A DNA stretch of 32,000 nucleotides from an uncultured bacterium (GCA_964565945.1 CAZMGY010000021.1:30001-62000); one strand, 5' to 3'. Shown: positions 1-10,827, counted from the stretch's first letter. A program made the numbers and translations. The notes: a model not told the origin generated them from the sequence alone.

Positions 1-690
1 AATCCAAACATCTCCGATAAAATAACTTTGTTGAATCGGTGCCGCTTGCGATGGATAGCGAATCATCTCGACAGCATCAATCCATCCATCTTGATTCAAG
101 TCCTTAAATATCCAGGTCTGCTTATAAGTGTCGCTGGTGTGTAGATTAACATGACGATGCCACACATCCAAATGGAGCTGACGCCCCTCCTTGGTTGCGT
201 CTTGCCACGAAATCATCACATAGTCTTCAAAAGTTAACGACGCTCGTTTCATTCGGATAGAATCAAAGGGGTGCGCACCCTGCTCAATTTCGACAGCTCG
301 CACAAATTGCTCCACATCGTAACGCGGATCTTGCTCCACCCATATCAATAATCGTGGAAAAGCATCCATTTCTATTTCGAAGTGAGACGAAAAAAAGGAA
401 AGAGGATTGGGATCAGCCAAAGCACCTCGATGCCATGCCGTCAACCATGCAACATAGGGATCTCTCCAATTGGTCTCCATACGAAAGTACTCATCGACAG
501 CCTCTTCCGAAGCAAAAGAAAATAAACCCTTCAGTTGCGAACCTCTGCCCGTCAAAACCAACCCCTCTTGCTTAGCCCCTTCATAAACCACATATTGCAC
601 CTGAGCCATAAGAGGTTGAGCGAAGCTCCCAAGATATCCCACCATCAAGCACACGAGTACAACCCAATTGAAATACTTTCGTTGTTTCAT
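1..690 (-). CDS. hypothetical exported protein (its 3' end runs off the left edge)
   Basis: Absent from the ORF track because it has no stop in the window. I read all 230 in-frame triplets on the minus strand and found no stop. ATG at 690-688. The N-terminus MKQRKYFNWVVLVCLMVGYLGSFAQPLMA looks like a signal peptide. No family recognised. Confidence 0.5.
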   Translation of the reverse strand, partial: MKQRKYFNWVVLVCLMVGYLGSFAQPLMAQVQYVVYEGAKQEGLVLTGRGSQLKGLFSFASEEAVDEYFRMETNWRDPYVAWLTAWHRGALADPNPLSFFSSHFEIEMDAFPRLLIWVEQDPRYDVEQFVRAVEIEQGAHPFDSIRMKRASLTFEDYVMISWQDATKEGRQLHLDVWHRHVNLHTSDTYKQTWIFKDLNQDGWIDAVEMIRYPSQAAPIQQSYFIGDVWI

Positions 691-774
691 ACCCCTCACA
701 TACTCTTTATTTGGTTAAAGTTGAAATTTCCCCACCCCTGTATGATATCATTATTAAAAGAGAGGGTGTTATTC

Positions 775-1479
775 ATGGATAAAAAAAATCATGTTTTAAT
801 TGACGAGATAATTAAGTTTATGGGTCCTCTGTTCAAGGCTCACCCCTGGCATGGCGTGCCAATCGGATCTTTAGCACCTCGCCAGATTACAGCCTATATC
901 GAATTGATACCAACAGACACAATTAAATACGAATTAGACAAAAGTACTGGCTATCTTAAAGTCGACCGTCCTCAGCAATTTTCCAACGTCTGTCCTATGA
1001 TCTATGGACTCATTCCTCAAACCTATTGTGCCGAACAAGTGGCTGAATTATGCTCAATGACAACTGGACGCAAAAATATTGTTGGAGACAAGGACCCTCT
1101 CGATATTTGCATTATCACCGAAAAAACCATTTCTTACAGCGATATCCTTTTGCAAGCCATCCCTATTGGTGGTTTTCGCCTGATTGACGGCGAAGAAGCC
1201 GATGACAAAATCATTTCTGTCATGAAAGGCGATGCGATTTATGGTCAATGGAAAGACATTTCCGAAATTCCAGATACTTTGGTGGAACGTATCAAACATT
1301 ACTTTTTAACCTACAAAGATGCTCCTGGCAGCATCAAACGCAAGTGTGAAATCACTCACATTTATGGCCACGAAGAAGCTTATCAAGTGATCACGCGAAG
1401 CCAAAAAGACTACCTAAACCATTATGGACGTCTGGCCGAGGCCTTGCACCACTGCCGATCCCTGATGAGCAACAACTAA
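775..1479 (+). CDS. ppa: inorganic pyrophosphatase (family I)
   Basis: Same frame as track ORF 535..1479. The internal ATG at 775 is preceded by AGAGGG. Family I PPase-like acidic motifs GDKDPLDICIIT and FRLIDGEEADDKIISV. The upstream 80 codons of the track ORF look non-coding. Confidence 0.8.
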   Translation: MDKKNHVLIDEIIKFMGPLFKAHPWHGVPIGSLAPRQITAYIELIPTDTIKYELDKSTGYLKVDRPQQFSNVCPMIYGLIPQTYCAEQVAELCSMTTGRKNIVGDKDPLDICIITEKTISYSDILLQAIPIGGFRLIDGEEADDKIISVMKGDAIYGQWKDISEIPDTLVERIKHYFLTYKDAPGSIKRKCEITHIYGHEEAYQVITRSQKDYLNHYGRLAEALHHCRSLMSNN

Positions 1480-3008
1480 GTCCAATACACATCATAGCTA
1501 CGTGATTTTGAAGAAACCTGACGCGACACAAAAAGAGATGTCGGCAACTCCTTGAGCAAATTCATCATCAGGGGCAAAGGAATGTTTTCGACCATTGCAC
1601 CTTGTTGACTCAAAAGAGGCCACAGAAAAAGAAACACCCAACCACCTGTTTTTTTAAGCAAATCAGGCCCCTTCACATACACATTCAAATCATTTTGAAG
1701 CATCAACGCTTGATGCTCCTGTAAACTTTTCTTCTGGTACAAAGACATTCGCTGAGCATCTTCAATAAGATCGATCTGTTGCTTCAAAAGATCTAATGAT
1801 AACGCCAACCAAAGCCAGTCTTTGACAACCACAAAAGAGAGCTCGAGGCCTTGCTCCGTTTTTGCACTGCGCAAAGCATAGCCTTTGTAAAATGTTTCCT
1901 GCCAGGGACTCAACTCCTGTTTGAGACGCCCTTCGTAAAACATCCAAAACTTGGCGTGATCTCTCAAAGAAACCACCGCACCCAAATGCCGCAAACCTAA
2001 GTCTTCGTTGTCCTTAGGCTCCGAAACCCAAAAAGCTCCACGCGACCCCACCCAAGGAAGCACATACCTCAAAACACCCGCAGGTGATCGTAAAGTTTTA
2101 TCCGACTTTGACACGTTGAAAAAAGGTGGTCCTAAAGCTTGAATCAAAAGCTTTAAACGATCCCGATCTATCTGCTTCGATACATACAACCAGGTATTTT
2201 CGGGAACAAACGAAACCAAACGATCACGCGCCTGCATCCGCTTCTCTGTGTATTCTTCACCATTTTTTTCTCCTGCCAAATGGTGCGTAACAACATGTAA
2301 AGACGCTTGATCTCTAAGCTTCAAAGAAAAACCAAGGTCATAGTTGCTGCCCCCATCGTCTTTTGTTCTCGACTCAAAACGTTCAGCGTCAAAATAACCC
2401 CATAACACATCATTGCACTTAGCAAGACGTCCAAATTTTAGCGGGTGGGTGTAAGGTCGATATTTTGTGGGTAGGGTGCAACACAAAGTATCTTCCATCA
2501 GGCTCGGTTGCGACAACAAGGTTAAAACACCTTTGATACGAGCCACATAAATAATCCCCAAGTCTTTGCTTTGAATTTTGTAAAAGGACTGCCCTTTCCA
2601 GCGGATTTCTATGGCAGCCCAGCGCTGCTTCATCTCTTTTTTCATTTGCTCCCAGGCCATGCGCGACAAGCGGGTTTGGGTTACAGCAACAAATCCGCCG
2701 TAAGTGTCTTTTTTTGCACTATGATGATAAACACCTAGCCACATTTTGTTCGACACGAAAGGCTTCAAAAAGAGAGCATATTTGGCATAGATTCCTTGCC
2801 ACTTTTGTAACTCAGGAGAAAGACCTTCCCAGCCCTGCACCTTTTGAAGCAACACATGCGGATCATTGATCTGGACAAATAGTGTCGGCGCAGGAGGAAG
2901 AACCTCTTCTAAATCAGTATAAGTCCACGATACATAAAGATAAACAAGCGCCGTAACAATAGAAAAAAAAGCCGCTCCAGTGAAAGATAAGATGACTTTA
3001 AAACGCAT
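1476..3008 (-). CDS. hypothetical membrane-anchored protein (510 aa)
   Basis: Long uninterrupted ORF with an N-terminal hydrophobic helix (ILSFTGAAFFSIVTALVYLYV). Its stop overlaps the ppa stop convergently (CTAA at 1476-1479). No family recognised. Confidence 0.7.
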   Translation of the reverse strand: MRFKVILSFTGAAFFSIVTALVYLYVSWTYTDLEEVLPPAPTLFVQINDPHVLLQKVQGWEGLSPELQKWQGIYAKYALFLKPFVSNKMWLGVYHHSAKKDTYGGFVAVTQTRLSRMAWEQMKKEMKQRWAAIEIRWKGQSFYKIQSKDLGIIYVARIKGVLTLLSQPSLMEDTLCCTLPTKYRPYTHPLKFGRLAKCNDVLWGYFDAERFESRTKDDGGSNYDLGFSLKLRDQASLHVVTHHLAGEKNGEEYTEKRMQARDRLVSFVPENTWLYVSKQIDRDRLKLLIQALGPPFFNVSKSDKTLRSPAGVLRYVLPWVGSRGAFWVSEPKDNEDLGLRHLGAVVSLRDHAKFWMFYEGRLKQELSPWQETFYKGYALRSAKTEQGLELSFVVVKDWLWLALSLDLLKQQIDLIEDAQRMSLYQKKSLQEHQALMLQNDLNVYVKGPDLLKKTGGWVFLFLWPLLSQQGAMVENIPLPLMMNLLKELPTSLFVSRQVSSKSRSYDVYWT

Positions 3009-3014
3009 ACCACC

Positions 3015-3536
3015 CTAAGCTTTCTGAAGTTCTTCAAGATAGCGGTTGGCTTCGCCTTCCCACTTACCTTGAACATCAAATATAAGATATTTTTTAAGCA
3101 TTTTCTTGGCAGGCTTTGCATCTTTTTTCTTGTAATAAATTTTGCCCAACTGAAAATAAGCATCGGCATCACGCTTGTTTTTGCCAATAATCGCGCGAAA
3201 CATCCTCGCAGCTTCATCATAATCCTTTTTAAGATAAGCCGAAACCCCTTGATCATAAAGCTCTTGCCACTCGTTTTCCACTTTCACTTTTTTTCGACGC
3301 AATCCCTTGTTGTCGAACGTTTCTAAGGCATTGTAAATCCAAACAAAGAAAAACATAAAAGCCCCTGCAGGAATCAAAACAAACGGCAAGATCCCTTCGG
3401 ATTGAATGCCTCCAGCAATGGACCCAAGCGACGTCCAAAATCCAATAATCAACAAACTACCTTTAACATACTCACGGCGCAGGATTGAACCTAAGCCACA
3501 AGCTAATAAATATACCATTGTTTTGAAAAAATTCAT
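3015..3536 (-). CDS. membrane protein with C-terminal TPR-like repeats
   Basis: Hydrophobic N-terminal half with several predicted TM helices. The C-terminal half has TPR-like sequence (YDQGVSAYLKKDYDEAARMFRAII...ADAYFQLGKIYYKKKD). ATGA overlap with the folC stop at 3533-3536. Confidence 0.65.
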   Translation of the reverse strand: MNFFKTMVYLLACGLGSILRREYVKGSLLIIGFWTSLGSIAGGIQSEGILPFVLIPAGAFMFFFVWIYNALETFDNKGLRRKKVKVENEWQELYDQGVSAYLKKDYDEAARMFRAIIGKNKRDADAYFQLGKIYYKKKDAKPAKKMLKKYLIFDVQGKWEGEANRYLEELQKA

Positions 3537-4699
3537 CGCACTAACCTCCGCACCCGACTAATCAAATAAAGAGAACCCGTCACAAGCACACAACAGTCCC
3601 TATCATACAATAATGGATTTAATTGAGCTATATTTATAATAGACACATTAGACTGATATTTCAAACATTCTTTTTGCAAAACATCGATAGAGCACTGTTG
3701 TGGGTCAAACCCCTCAACCACAATCACCTCAGAAACATAAGGCACGATTGCTCTCACCAAGGCAGAATATTCTTTTCGCTTCATCACACCTAAAACCAAA
3801 CGAAGGGAAGGTTTAATATTTCTTATCTCCTGAGCCAAAGCATACATGCCTGCCGAATTATGGGCTCCATCCAAACACAAATGAGGATTGATCCACTCCA
3901 TTCGCCCAGGCCATGGCAATAAATGTTCCAGGCAATCATTCCGTACCTCATAACCCATCTTTTGAGCCAGAGCTAGAGCTAAACGCTTGTTTCTATGTTC
4001 AAAAGAAACCTCTTCTTTCACATCGACATAACGCACATCGGCCCCCACTTTACGAGCGATATCATTCAATAAAGGTCGTAACGTGGCATCCACCATGCTA
4101 ATCATCTGTTGTTTCGGCTTTAAAATACCTGCTTTTTCTCGCAAGATCTCCTCTAAAGAATATCCCAAGTACTCTTGATGATCCAAGCCAATATTGGTAA
4201 TCGCCGAGTAGGAAGCATCCACCACATTGGTGGCATCCCAGCGTCCTCCTAAACCAACCTCCCAAATGCACACATCCAAGGGTTGAGATGCAATCCAGTC
4301 CATCGCCAACGCGGTTAAAGTTTCAAAAAATGACAGCTTTATACCGACCTGCTCGCACACTTTTTCAAGCTTTTGATGGATAGCCACAAAATCATCTCGC
4401 GAAATCACAGTTTCTTGTACATCCCCCACGCGTATCCGTTCGGTGATACAGTCCAAATGAGGCGACGTGTACAAACCCACTTTCAAACCATAAGCGCGCA
4501 AGATTTGATACAAATAAAAAGCCGTCGAACCTTTGCCATTGGTTCCAGCAATATGCACATGAATGGTGGAGACACAAGAGAAGCACCAATGCGGCAAAAG
4601 TGCCTGCATACGTTCTAAACCAGGCTTAATATTTTGCTCCCCTTGAGCATAAAGATCGTGAACAAGTTTTGAAAAATCACTCACTGGCAACTTTATCAT
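3533..4699 (-). CDS. folC: folylpolyglutamate synthase / dihydrofolate synthase (Mur ligase family)
   Basis: P-loop HIAGTNGKGST, typical FolC length, and its usual position directly downstream of accD. Confidence 0.85.
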   Translation of the reverse strand: MIKLPVSDFSKLVHDLYAQGEQNIKPGLERMQALLPHWCFSCVSTIHVHIAGTNGKGSTAFYLYQILRAYGLKVGLYTSPHLDCITERIRVGDVQETVISRDDFVAIHQKLEKVCEQVGIKLSFFETLTALAMDWIASQPLDVCIWEVGLGGRWDATNVVDASYSAITNIGLDHQEYLGYSLEEILREKAGILKPKQQMISMVDATLRPLLNDIARKVGADVRYVDVKEEVSFEHRNKRLALALAQKMGYEVRNDCLEHLLPWPGRMEWINPHLCLDGAHNSAGMYALAQEIRNIKPSLRLVLGVMKRKEYSALVRAIVPYVSEVIVVEGFDPQQCSIDVLQKECLKYQSNVSIINIAQLNPLLYDRDCCVLVTGSLYLISRVRRLVR

Positions 4700-5537
4700 A
4701 AAACAAACGAATGGCTCGGCTTAAATAAGCTTTCATCTCATGACGACGAACAATCTCATCCAAGAAACCATGCTCAAGTAAAAACTCGGAACTCTGAAAA
4801 CCTTCGGGCAATTTTTGTTTGAGCGTTTGTTCAATCACCCGTGGCCCAGTAAAACCAATCAAGGCTTTAGGTTCAGCAATGGTGATATCTCCCAACGACG
4901 CAAAACTTGCCATAATACCAGCCATGGTAGGGTTCGTTAAAATCGAAACATATAATTGACCAGCTTGATTCAGCTTGGCGATGGCCACGCTGGTTTTAGC
5001 CAATTGCATCAATGAATTAATGCCTTCATACATTCGTGCGCCACCTCCCGAACCAGAAACAATAATTAAAGGAATCTTGCGTTCGATGCTACGCTCAACC
5101 GCACGCGCAATTTTTTCACCGACCACCACACCCATGCTCCCCATAATAAAACGAGCATCGGTCACGCATAAACTCACATCAACACCATCAATTTGACCAA
5201 TCCCAGTCACAATAGCATCTTTAAGCCCCGTTTTTTTTTGATCGGCTTCTAACTTTTCTTTGTAAGACTTCACCGCTTTGAATTGCAAAGTGTCGACGCT
5301 GGTCAAATCGGCATCATATTCTTCAAAGGTGTCTTGATCGATTAATAAAAAAATACGCTCCCAAGCAGGAAAAATAAAGTGATGGTCACAGGCAAAGCAA
5401 ACCATGTGATTTTCTTGCAAACCTTTGTTAAAAACCACCTCATCACAACCTTCACAACGTAACCATAAGCCGTCGGGTAAAGCTTTTTTCTTAGCCTCAA
5501 TATTGTTTTTTTTCTTTGGACGTAAAAACCATGCCAT
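4677..5537 (-). CDS. accD: acetyl-CoA carboxylase carboxyltransferase beta subunit
   Basis: N-terminal C4 zinc ribbon (CEGCDEVV...CFACDHH) and carboxyltransferase motif SGSGGGARMYEG. Confidence 0.9.
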   Translation of the reverse strand: MAWFLRPKKKNNIEAKKKALPDGLWLRCEGCDEVVFNKGLQENHMVCFACDHHFIFPAWERIFLLIDQDTFEEYDADLTSVDTLQFKAVKSYKEKLEADQKKTGLKDAIVTGIGQIDGVDVSLCVTDARFIMGSMGVVVGEKIARAVERSIERKIPLIIVSGSGGGARMYEGINSLMQLAKTSVAIAKLNQAGQLYVSILTNPTMAGIMASFASLGDITIAEPKALIGFTGPRVIEQTLKQKLPEGFQSSEFLLEHGFLDEIVRRHEMKAYLSRAIRLFYDKVASE

Positions 5538-5633
5538 AACTTTATCACCTCATTTCTTAGCCGTTCATTGTAGCATGTAGGGAATCTCAATACAGAGATC
5601 AAGGTCGCTGCTAACAGCTCACAAAAGCCCCGC

Positions 5634-8048
5634 TTACGCCGCAACACGTATTTGAAACAGACTCAGAACTTCACTATCTAGCAACATCTGTTGGGAAGAC
5701 GCTAATTCCAAGAAATCTGGCAACGAAAAAGAAGAACATGAAACTTCCGATGGTGCTAAACCTTGTAAACTGCACAATTCTTCAATAAGTCCCTTTTTCG
5801 AAATGCACGAATGATACCCCCCTTCAAACACAGACAAAACTGTCTGCAAAATCGAGCGCCAGTCGTCCAGAGACAATTCCTTCTTACTTTGATCGGAACG
5901 TGCCTTTCGCAATAATTCTATAAGAGCAACAAATAAAACCACATTCAAACCAAGTTCGTTAACACGCTTTAAATCTAAAGTCCTTTGATCGACAAGCTTC
6001 AAAACAGAGGGAGACACATTAATCTGCAACTGCTCCATCATTGCTCGCAACGTTGTGACCGATAAAGTACCTGAAAAAACTGACGGTGTTTGCAAAAAGT
6101 TCAAGGCAAAATGAGGAAGCTTACCCTCCTCCCCCAACAGCAGCACTCTCAAAAGATTCCATAAAGTGGGTGCACCACCCTTAACAGCGGGCTCGGAAGA
6201 AGGTCGACGTTCTTTAGCCACAACTTTAGACTTAACCACACGACCTGGGGATAATAACTTCACTAAGTGCGCAACTTTTTTGTACTCCGACGCCACTAGC
6301 TCGCCCTTTTGCTTACGTGCAATATCTGCCAATTTAGCACGCGCCTTGCGTTTTTCAGCTATACTTGGCCCGTATTGTTTTTCAGCCTGACGTACTTTAT
6401 CATTCAAATCCTTATCCTCAATGTGACGATTATAAACCAACGCCTTAAGAGATTTAGTAAAACTCGTCACAAGGTAAGCCACCCCATGTTCATCGGTGTA
6501 GCAAAGACCATCGGCATCATAACCTTCTAACAATTGTCTGATCTGTGCTTCCTGCTCTTTGGACACCAAAGACGCCATTCGCGCATCAGAAAGCAAGCCT
6601 CGCAAAACCCTCCGCACCAAAAGACTTTGGGCATGCGCTTGATAGTAGATCAATAGATCATCGCCCAAACCTTGCTCCAACATAATACGTAAATAACGCT
6701 TCACATTATAATAAGCATTTTCGGGCAACACCATTTGATAAAATTGAATGCGTTTCCACAAAGCCTTCCGCACATCATTCATCAGCCAACTTTTCAAACG
6801 CTTTTCGAGCAAACGCCGGTGAGCCCCCCCTTTGGGCTCATCCCAATAAGCTTCATCCAAAACCTGTTCCAGCGACATGGTTTTCACCCGCGATGCAAAC
6901 GAAGGTGTCACCTCTCCGAGATTAACGTGATCATAAATCGGAACTTCCTCCACCTCATAGCCCAAAGCTTTCATAAGTTCAGGCACACTGTAATCATATT
7001 CGTCCGCCAAGTGCGCCAAGCCCACAGCCACAAAAGAAACCCCGCCTTGAGCCATAAGAGCGTTTAGTTGATGCACCCAATCACGGTTACGCTTATAGAG
7101 AAGTTTAATCTCAGCTTTTTCCCGTTCTTTGGACCAGCCCCGAGTTTGTTCTTCTAGGCGAGCCAAACGCTCCCGCTTCCACGGTTCCATCCGATCCAAA
7201 TACATCGTTGCCTTACGCTTCTTACGTGCATATTCCTCGAGTTCATAATCCATCGAAGTGAGTCCCAAAAACCCTAAATTAATGGGCAAATCCAAATTCG
7301 ATAAAATCTCTCCGCAGTAAGTATGTGCTTGATTCAAAGCATCCCAAACTGGCTTCGGTAATATTTTGGACGACGTGCGATGTTCGGTTCCCAGGAGATA
7401 GAGCGTGCCTCCATCAGGAGATTTGACTTTCCACATGCGCGGCTGATAAGGTTCAAACTGCCGTTGAACTTTCTTAGAAACCTTCCCAGGCTTAACCCAT
7501 ACACGAGCTTTCTGATTTTCCGCTTTACCTTCCATAATGGTCTTAAAAATATCTTCCCAAACACCCCAAGTCTTTTTTTTGGGCTTAGGGGCAGGAATCA
7601 CTAAAGGGAGATTTAAAGGCTTGGACTTAACAGACTTCACACGTTTAGGATGCAAACCAAAAGGAAAACTTTTCCAAAAAACTCCACCCCAAGGGTCCCT
7701 CTTTTTCGGAGAGGATTGAAACCAGGGGAAAAAACGATCAAAGAGATCTCCCCCCCAAGGTGGTTGCCCCCAAGAGTCCGCCGAGCTTCGAAAAACCTCA
7801 ACAGTGGAACCATCCAGTCGATGTTCGACCCAATGCTTGGTGCGGGGCATGTCGCTGATCACTCTTCGCTGGATTAAGGTCTGCAAAGATGGTGCAAAAA
7901 AGAGACTCTCTGTTGCTTGCTGCAAGGTTTCTTGACGGGTTTGGCTAGCTGGAGCTAAGGCTCCGAGATCAGCTACAACAAAGAAACTCCCCAAGCACAA
8001 CGATACACATCTTAAAAAAGACCCGCTCATCTTGAACATATCACTCAC
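5634..8048 (-). CDS. large exported protein with a TraB/GumN-family domain (804 aa)
   Basis: N-terminal signal-like segment. GumN/TraB-like motifs GTLYLLGTEHR and FVAVGLAHLADEYDYSVPELMKALGYEV in the first half. About 400 C-terminal residues have no family I recognise. Confidence 0.65.
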   Translation of the reverse strand: MSDMFKMSGSFLRCVSLCLGSFFVVADLGALAPASQTRQETLQQATESLFFAPSLQTLIQRRVISDMPRTKHWVEHRLDGSTVEVFRSSADSWGQPPWGGDLFDRFFPWFQSSPKKRDPWGGVFWKSFPFGLHPKRVKSVKSKPLNLPLVIPAPKPKKKTWGVWEDIFKTIMEGKAENQKARVWVKPGKVSKKVQRQFEPYQPRMWKVKSPDGGTLYLLGTEHRTSSKILPKPVWDALNQAHTYCGEILSNLDLPINLGFLGLTSMDYELEEYARKKRKATMYLDRMEPWKRERLARLEEQTRGWSKEREKAEIKLLYKRNRDWVHQLNALMAQGGVSFVAVGLAHLADEYDYSVPELMKALGYEVEEVPIYDHVNLGEVTPSFASRVKTMSLEQVLDEAYWDEPKGGAHRRLLEKRLKSWLMNDVRKALWKRIQFYQMVLPENAYYNVKRYLRIMLEQGLGDDLLIYYQAHAQSLLVRRVLRGLLSDARMASLVSKEQEAQIRQLLEGYDADGLCYTDEHGVAYLVTSFTKSLKALVYNRHIEDKDLNDKVRQAEKQYGPSIAEKRKARAKLADIARKQKGELVASEYKKVAHLVKLLSPGRVVKSKVVAKERRPSSEPAVKGGAPTLWNLLRVLLLGEEGKLPHFALNFLQTPSVFSGTLSVTTLRAMMEQLQINVSPSVLKLVDQRTLDLKRVNELGLNVVLFVALIELLRKARSDQSKKELSLDDWRSILQTVLSVFEGGYHSCISKKGLIEELCSLQGLAPSEVSCSSFSLPDFLELASSQQMLLDSEVLSLFQIRVAA

Positions 8049-8101
8049 GCTCCATTAAAACATAATAACTTATTAAGTGTATTAAACAACCCTCCTATAT
8101 G

Positions 8102-9121
8102 TCAATAGGATTTCTTCACATGAATCCCGCGCTGATCCTGATACACAACCACATAGTGAGCCTTCACCACAGCAGGCACAAAACGGTCAATAGTCTGGGG
8201 GCCTAACACCGAACACGCGGTGGCCCAGGCATCAATAGCCATCATATCCTGCCCCACCAATGTCACACTGCGCGCATTTTCTACTGGCCAACCTGAGCGA
8301 GGATCGATAATATGGCTATAACGCTTGCCTTCAATGGTCACATAACGTTGATAGTCTCCAGACGTAACCATTCCCTGGTTACTCAGCTCAATCACATTGA
8401 GAAGCTTTTGCTGATTATCGGGATCCTGAATTCCTAGGCGCCACACCTTCTTATGCTCATTAAGCCCCATAGCCCAAACATCACCACCTATGTTAATAAG
8501 AGCATTCTCCACGCCAGCCTTGGTCCAAACATCTCGAATCTGTTCAATCACATAACCTTTGGCAATGCCTCCCAAGTCGAGCTGCATTCCCTTTGTCATT
8601 TGAAGCGTGCGTGCTGCAGGATCATAGGCCAACTTGTCCACACCAACATACGACACAATCTTTTGAAGCAAGGCCTTCTCAGGTAATCTTTGGGTTTGCT
8701 GCGCCGACCACCACACCTGTAACAGAGGCAAGACAGTCACATCAAAGGCCCCTTCACTCTGGCGAAAGACCTCTAATGCATAGCCAAATACTTTGGCTAA
8801 TTCCTCACTCAGCACATACTCTTTGTCGGGATAAGCATTGATGTTGGCTACTTCGCTATCCGTGCGGTAACGGCTAAAGATACGATCCAGGCGAGTAATT
8901 TCGGCATAAGCCATTTCAAAAAGTTTACCAGCACGCTTTTGAGATGCATCGTCTTTGGATAAAACCAGCACAAGTTGAGTCATTGTGCCCAGACGCAAGC
9001 TCGTTTCCTCGAAACGCTGTAATGCCTGACACGACCTAATTACCAAGGCCCCAAGCGCCGCCATCACGAAGAGAAAGCCGACAAGCATCTTACGATAATT
9101 AGGAGGTTGAAGGGTTTTCAT
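8102..9121 (-). CDS. apbE: FAD:protein FMN transferase (ApbE family)
   Basis: ApbE motifs LDLGGIAKGY and INIGGDV, with an N-terminal membrane/signal segment. Confidence 0.85.
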   Translation of the reverse strand: MKTLQPPNYRKMLVGFLFVMAALGALVIRSCQALQRFEETSLRLGTMTQLVLVLSKDDASQKRAGKLFEMAYAEITRLDRIFSRYRTDSEVANINAYPDKEYVLSEELAKVFGYALEVFRQSEGAFDVTVLPLLQVWWSAQQTQRLPEKALLQKIVSYVGVDKLAYDPAARTLQMTKGMQLDLGGIAKGYVIEQIRDVWTKAGVENALINIGGDVWAMGLNEHKKVWRLGIQDPDNQQKLLNVIELSNQGMVTSGDYQRYVTIEGKRYSHIIDPRSGWPVENARSVTLVGQDMMAIDAWATACSVLGPQTIDRFVPAVVKAHYVVVYQDQRGIHVKKSY

Positions 9122-9680
9122 AAGGTCTATCCTACAACAAAAATTCCAAAGCCGTCAGAGGTGCCATTAACCCATCAAAATAAAGAATGCACTCCAGATT
9201 CTCTGATTCGATTGTTAAACTCATGTACTGATTCACCTATCCCCATTGCAAATCGCTCCAAGACAGTTCAAGCGGTTTAAGATCTAAAGGGTCTTGCCCC
9301 GCCTCGAAATCATGAATCACATCAGTGTGCTGAAAGGTTCTTTCATCCAAATCCGTGCAGATAAATACGTAGGTCAAACAAAGTATGCGCAAACCCTAAC
9401 ATAACTAACCTATGCAGAAGCTCATGATCATGCCCCCTTTGAGCATCCAATCATCTTAGCCAGAGTGCGTAGCCATTTCGATACGTTCACGGGCTAGCCT
9501 AAAGTATTATACCGCTCTCAACCCCAATCAACTTAGAATGCGGTCTCCAACCATAAAAACCCCGATGCGCTAACTTTGCTGAATGATACATAGTTACATC
9601 GGTCTCACTAGAACTATCCACACGCTCAAAGAGAATATTGGCAAATTGCTACTCATCAAAGTTTTCTCCATCATAGAATC

Positions 9681-9712
9681 AAAAAAAGAGGCAACTTAGC
9701 ACGCAGTTAACT
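9681..9712 (-). terminator. weak candidate terminator downstream of icd
   Basis: On the minus strand there is a short AACT/AGTT-based stem followed by GCCTC and a T7 run (A7 at 9681-9687 on the plus strand). The stem is short, so confidence is low. Confidence 0.3.
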
Positions 9713-9747
9713 TCCCCTTAACACACTTGCATTTAAATCATCACATC

Positions 9748-10827
9748 TTATTGATACAATTTGGCAATAACAGCCTGACCAAACTCTTTGGTCCCAACAG
9801 CTGTGGGATCATCTTTGCTTGATTTAAGGTCGCAGGTCACATCCTTACCTTCGGCAATCACATCGGTAATCGCTTGCTCCAAGCGATCCGCAGCATCTTG
9901 TTCTTTCAAGTGATGCAACATCATCACACCCGAAAGTAATAAGGCTGTTGGATTCACTTTGTTCAAACCTTTGTATTTAGGCGCACTTCCATGCGTTGCT
10001 TCAAACACAGCCATCTCTGTACCAAAGTTTCCACCAGGAGCAACACCCAAACCTCCGACTAATCCAGCACAAAGATCGGACAAAATATCACCGTACAAAT
10101 TAGGCATCACCAAAACATCGTACCATTCTGGATGTTGCACCAAATGCATGCACATGGCATCCACCAAAACCTCCTCGTATTCAATCTCGGGATATTCCTT
10201 AGCCACATCTTGTGCCACACGATAGAACAAACCATCGGTGTACTTCATGATATTAGCTTTGGTCACAGCGGTCACTTTTTGACGACCTTGAGCTTGCGCA
10301 TAATCAAAAGCAAATTTAACAATCCGCTTCGTACGCGCAATTGAAATAGGCTTAATGCTAATCGCCGCATCGTATTGAATCGGCTTAGCGACATACTTGT
10401 TAATGCACTCTCGAACATCTTTCAACTCATCGGTTTCTAAATCGAATTCAATGCCCGCATAGAGGTCCTCGGTGTTTTCACGAACAATCACCACATCCAC
10501 TTCTTTAAAGTTGGTCTTAACACCAGGATAAATTTTGCAAGGACGCAAGCACGCATACAAATCCAATTCTTTGCGCAAAGTTACATTCACACTGCGAAAC
10601 CCTGTTCCAATAGGAGTGGTGATCGGGGCTTTAATCGCCACTTTATTTTCTTTGATCGACTCAATCACATTGTCAGGCAAAGGTGTGCCCACTGTTTCCA
10701 TAATATCGATACCAGCTTGAACAATATCCCACTGAATACTAACACCAGTGGCATCAATACAATCCCGCGTCACTTTTGCAATTTCTGGGCCAATTCCATC
10801 ACCATCAATAAAGGTTACTTTACGCAT
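9748..10827 (-). CDS. icd: isocitrate dehydrogenase (isocitrate/isopropylmalate dehydrogenase superfamily)
   Basis: [18 protein letters not shown] and [15 protein letters not shown] match the IDH branch (compare E. coli Icd SLNVALRQELDLYICLRP and RENSEDIYAGIEW) better than the LeuB branch. Confidence 0.85.
   Translation of the reverse strand: MRKVTFIDGDGIGPEIAKVTRDCIDATGVSIQWDIVQAGIDIMETVGTPLPDNVIESIKENKVAIKAPITTPIGTGFRSVNVTLRKELDLYACLRPCKIYPGVKTNFKEVDVVIVRENTEDLYAGIEFDLETDELKDVRECINKYVAKPIQYDAAISIKPISIARTKRIVKFAFDYAQAQGRQKVTAVTKANIMKYTDGLFYRVAQDVAKEYPEIEYEEVLVDAMCMHLVQHPEWYDVLVMPNLYGDILSDLCAGLVGGLGVAPGGNFGTEMAVFEATHGSAPKYKGLNKVNPTALLLSGVMMLHHLKEQDAADRLEQAITDVIAEGKDVTCDLKSSKDDPTAVGTKEFGQAVIAKLYQ

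Noticed and set aside
535-774. 5' extension of the pyrophosphatase ORF in the track (314 aa).
   Set aside because: The extension overlaps the start of the convergent-upstream minus-strand gene, reads as low-complexity non-protein sequence, and the ATG at 775 has a good RBS.
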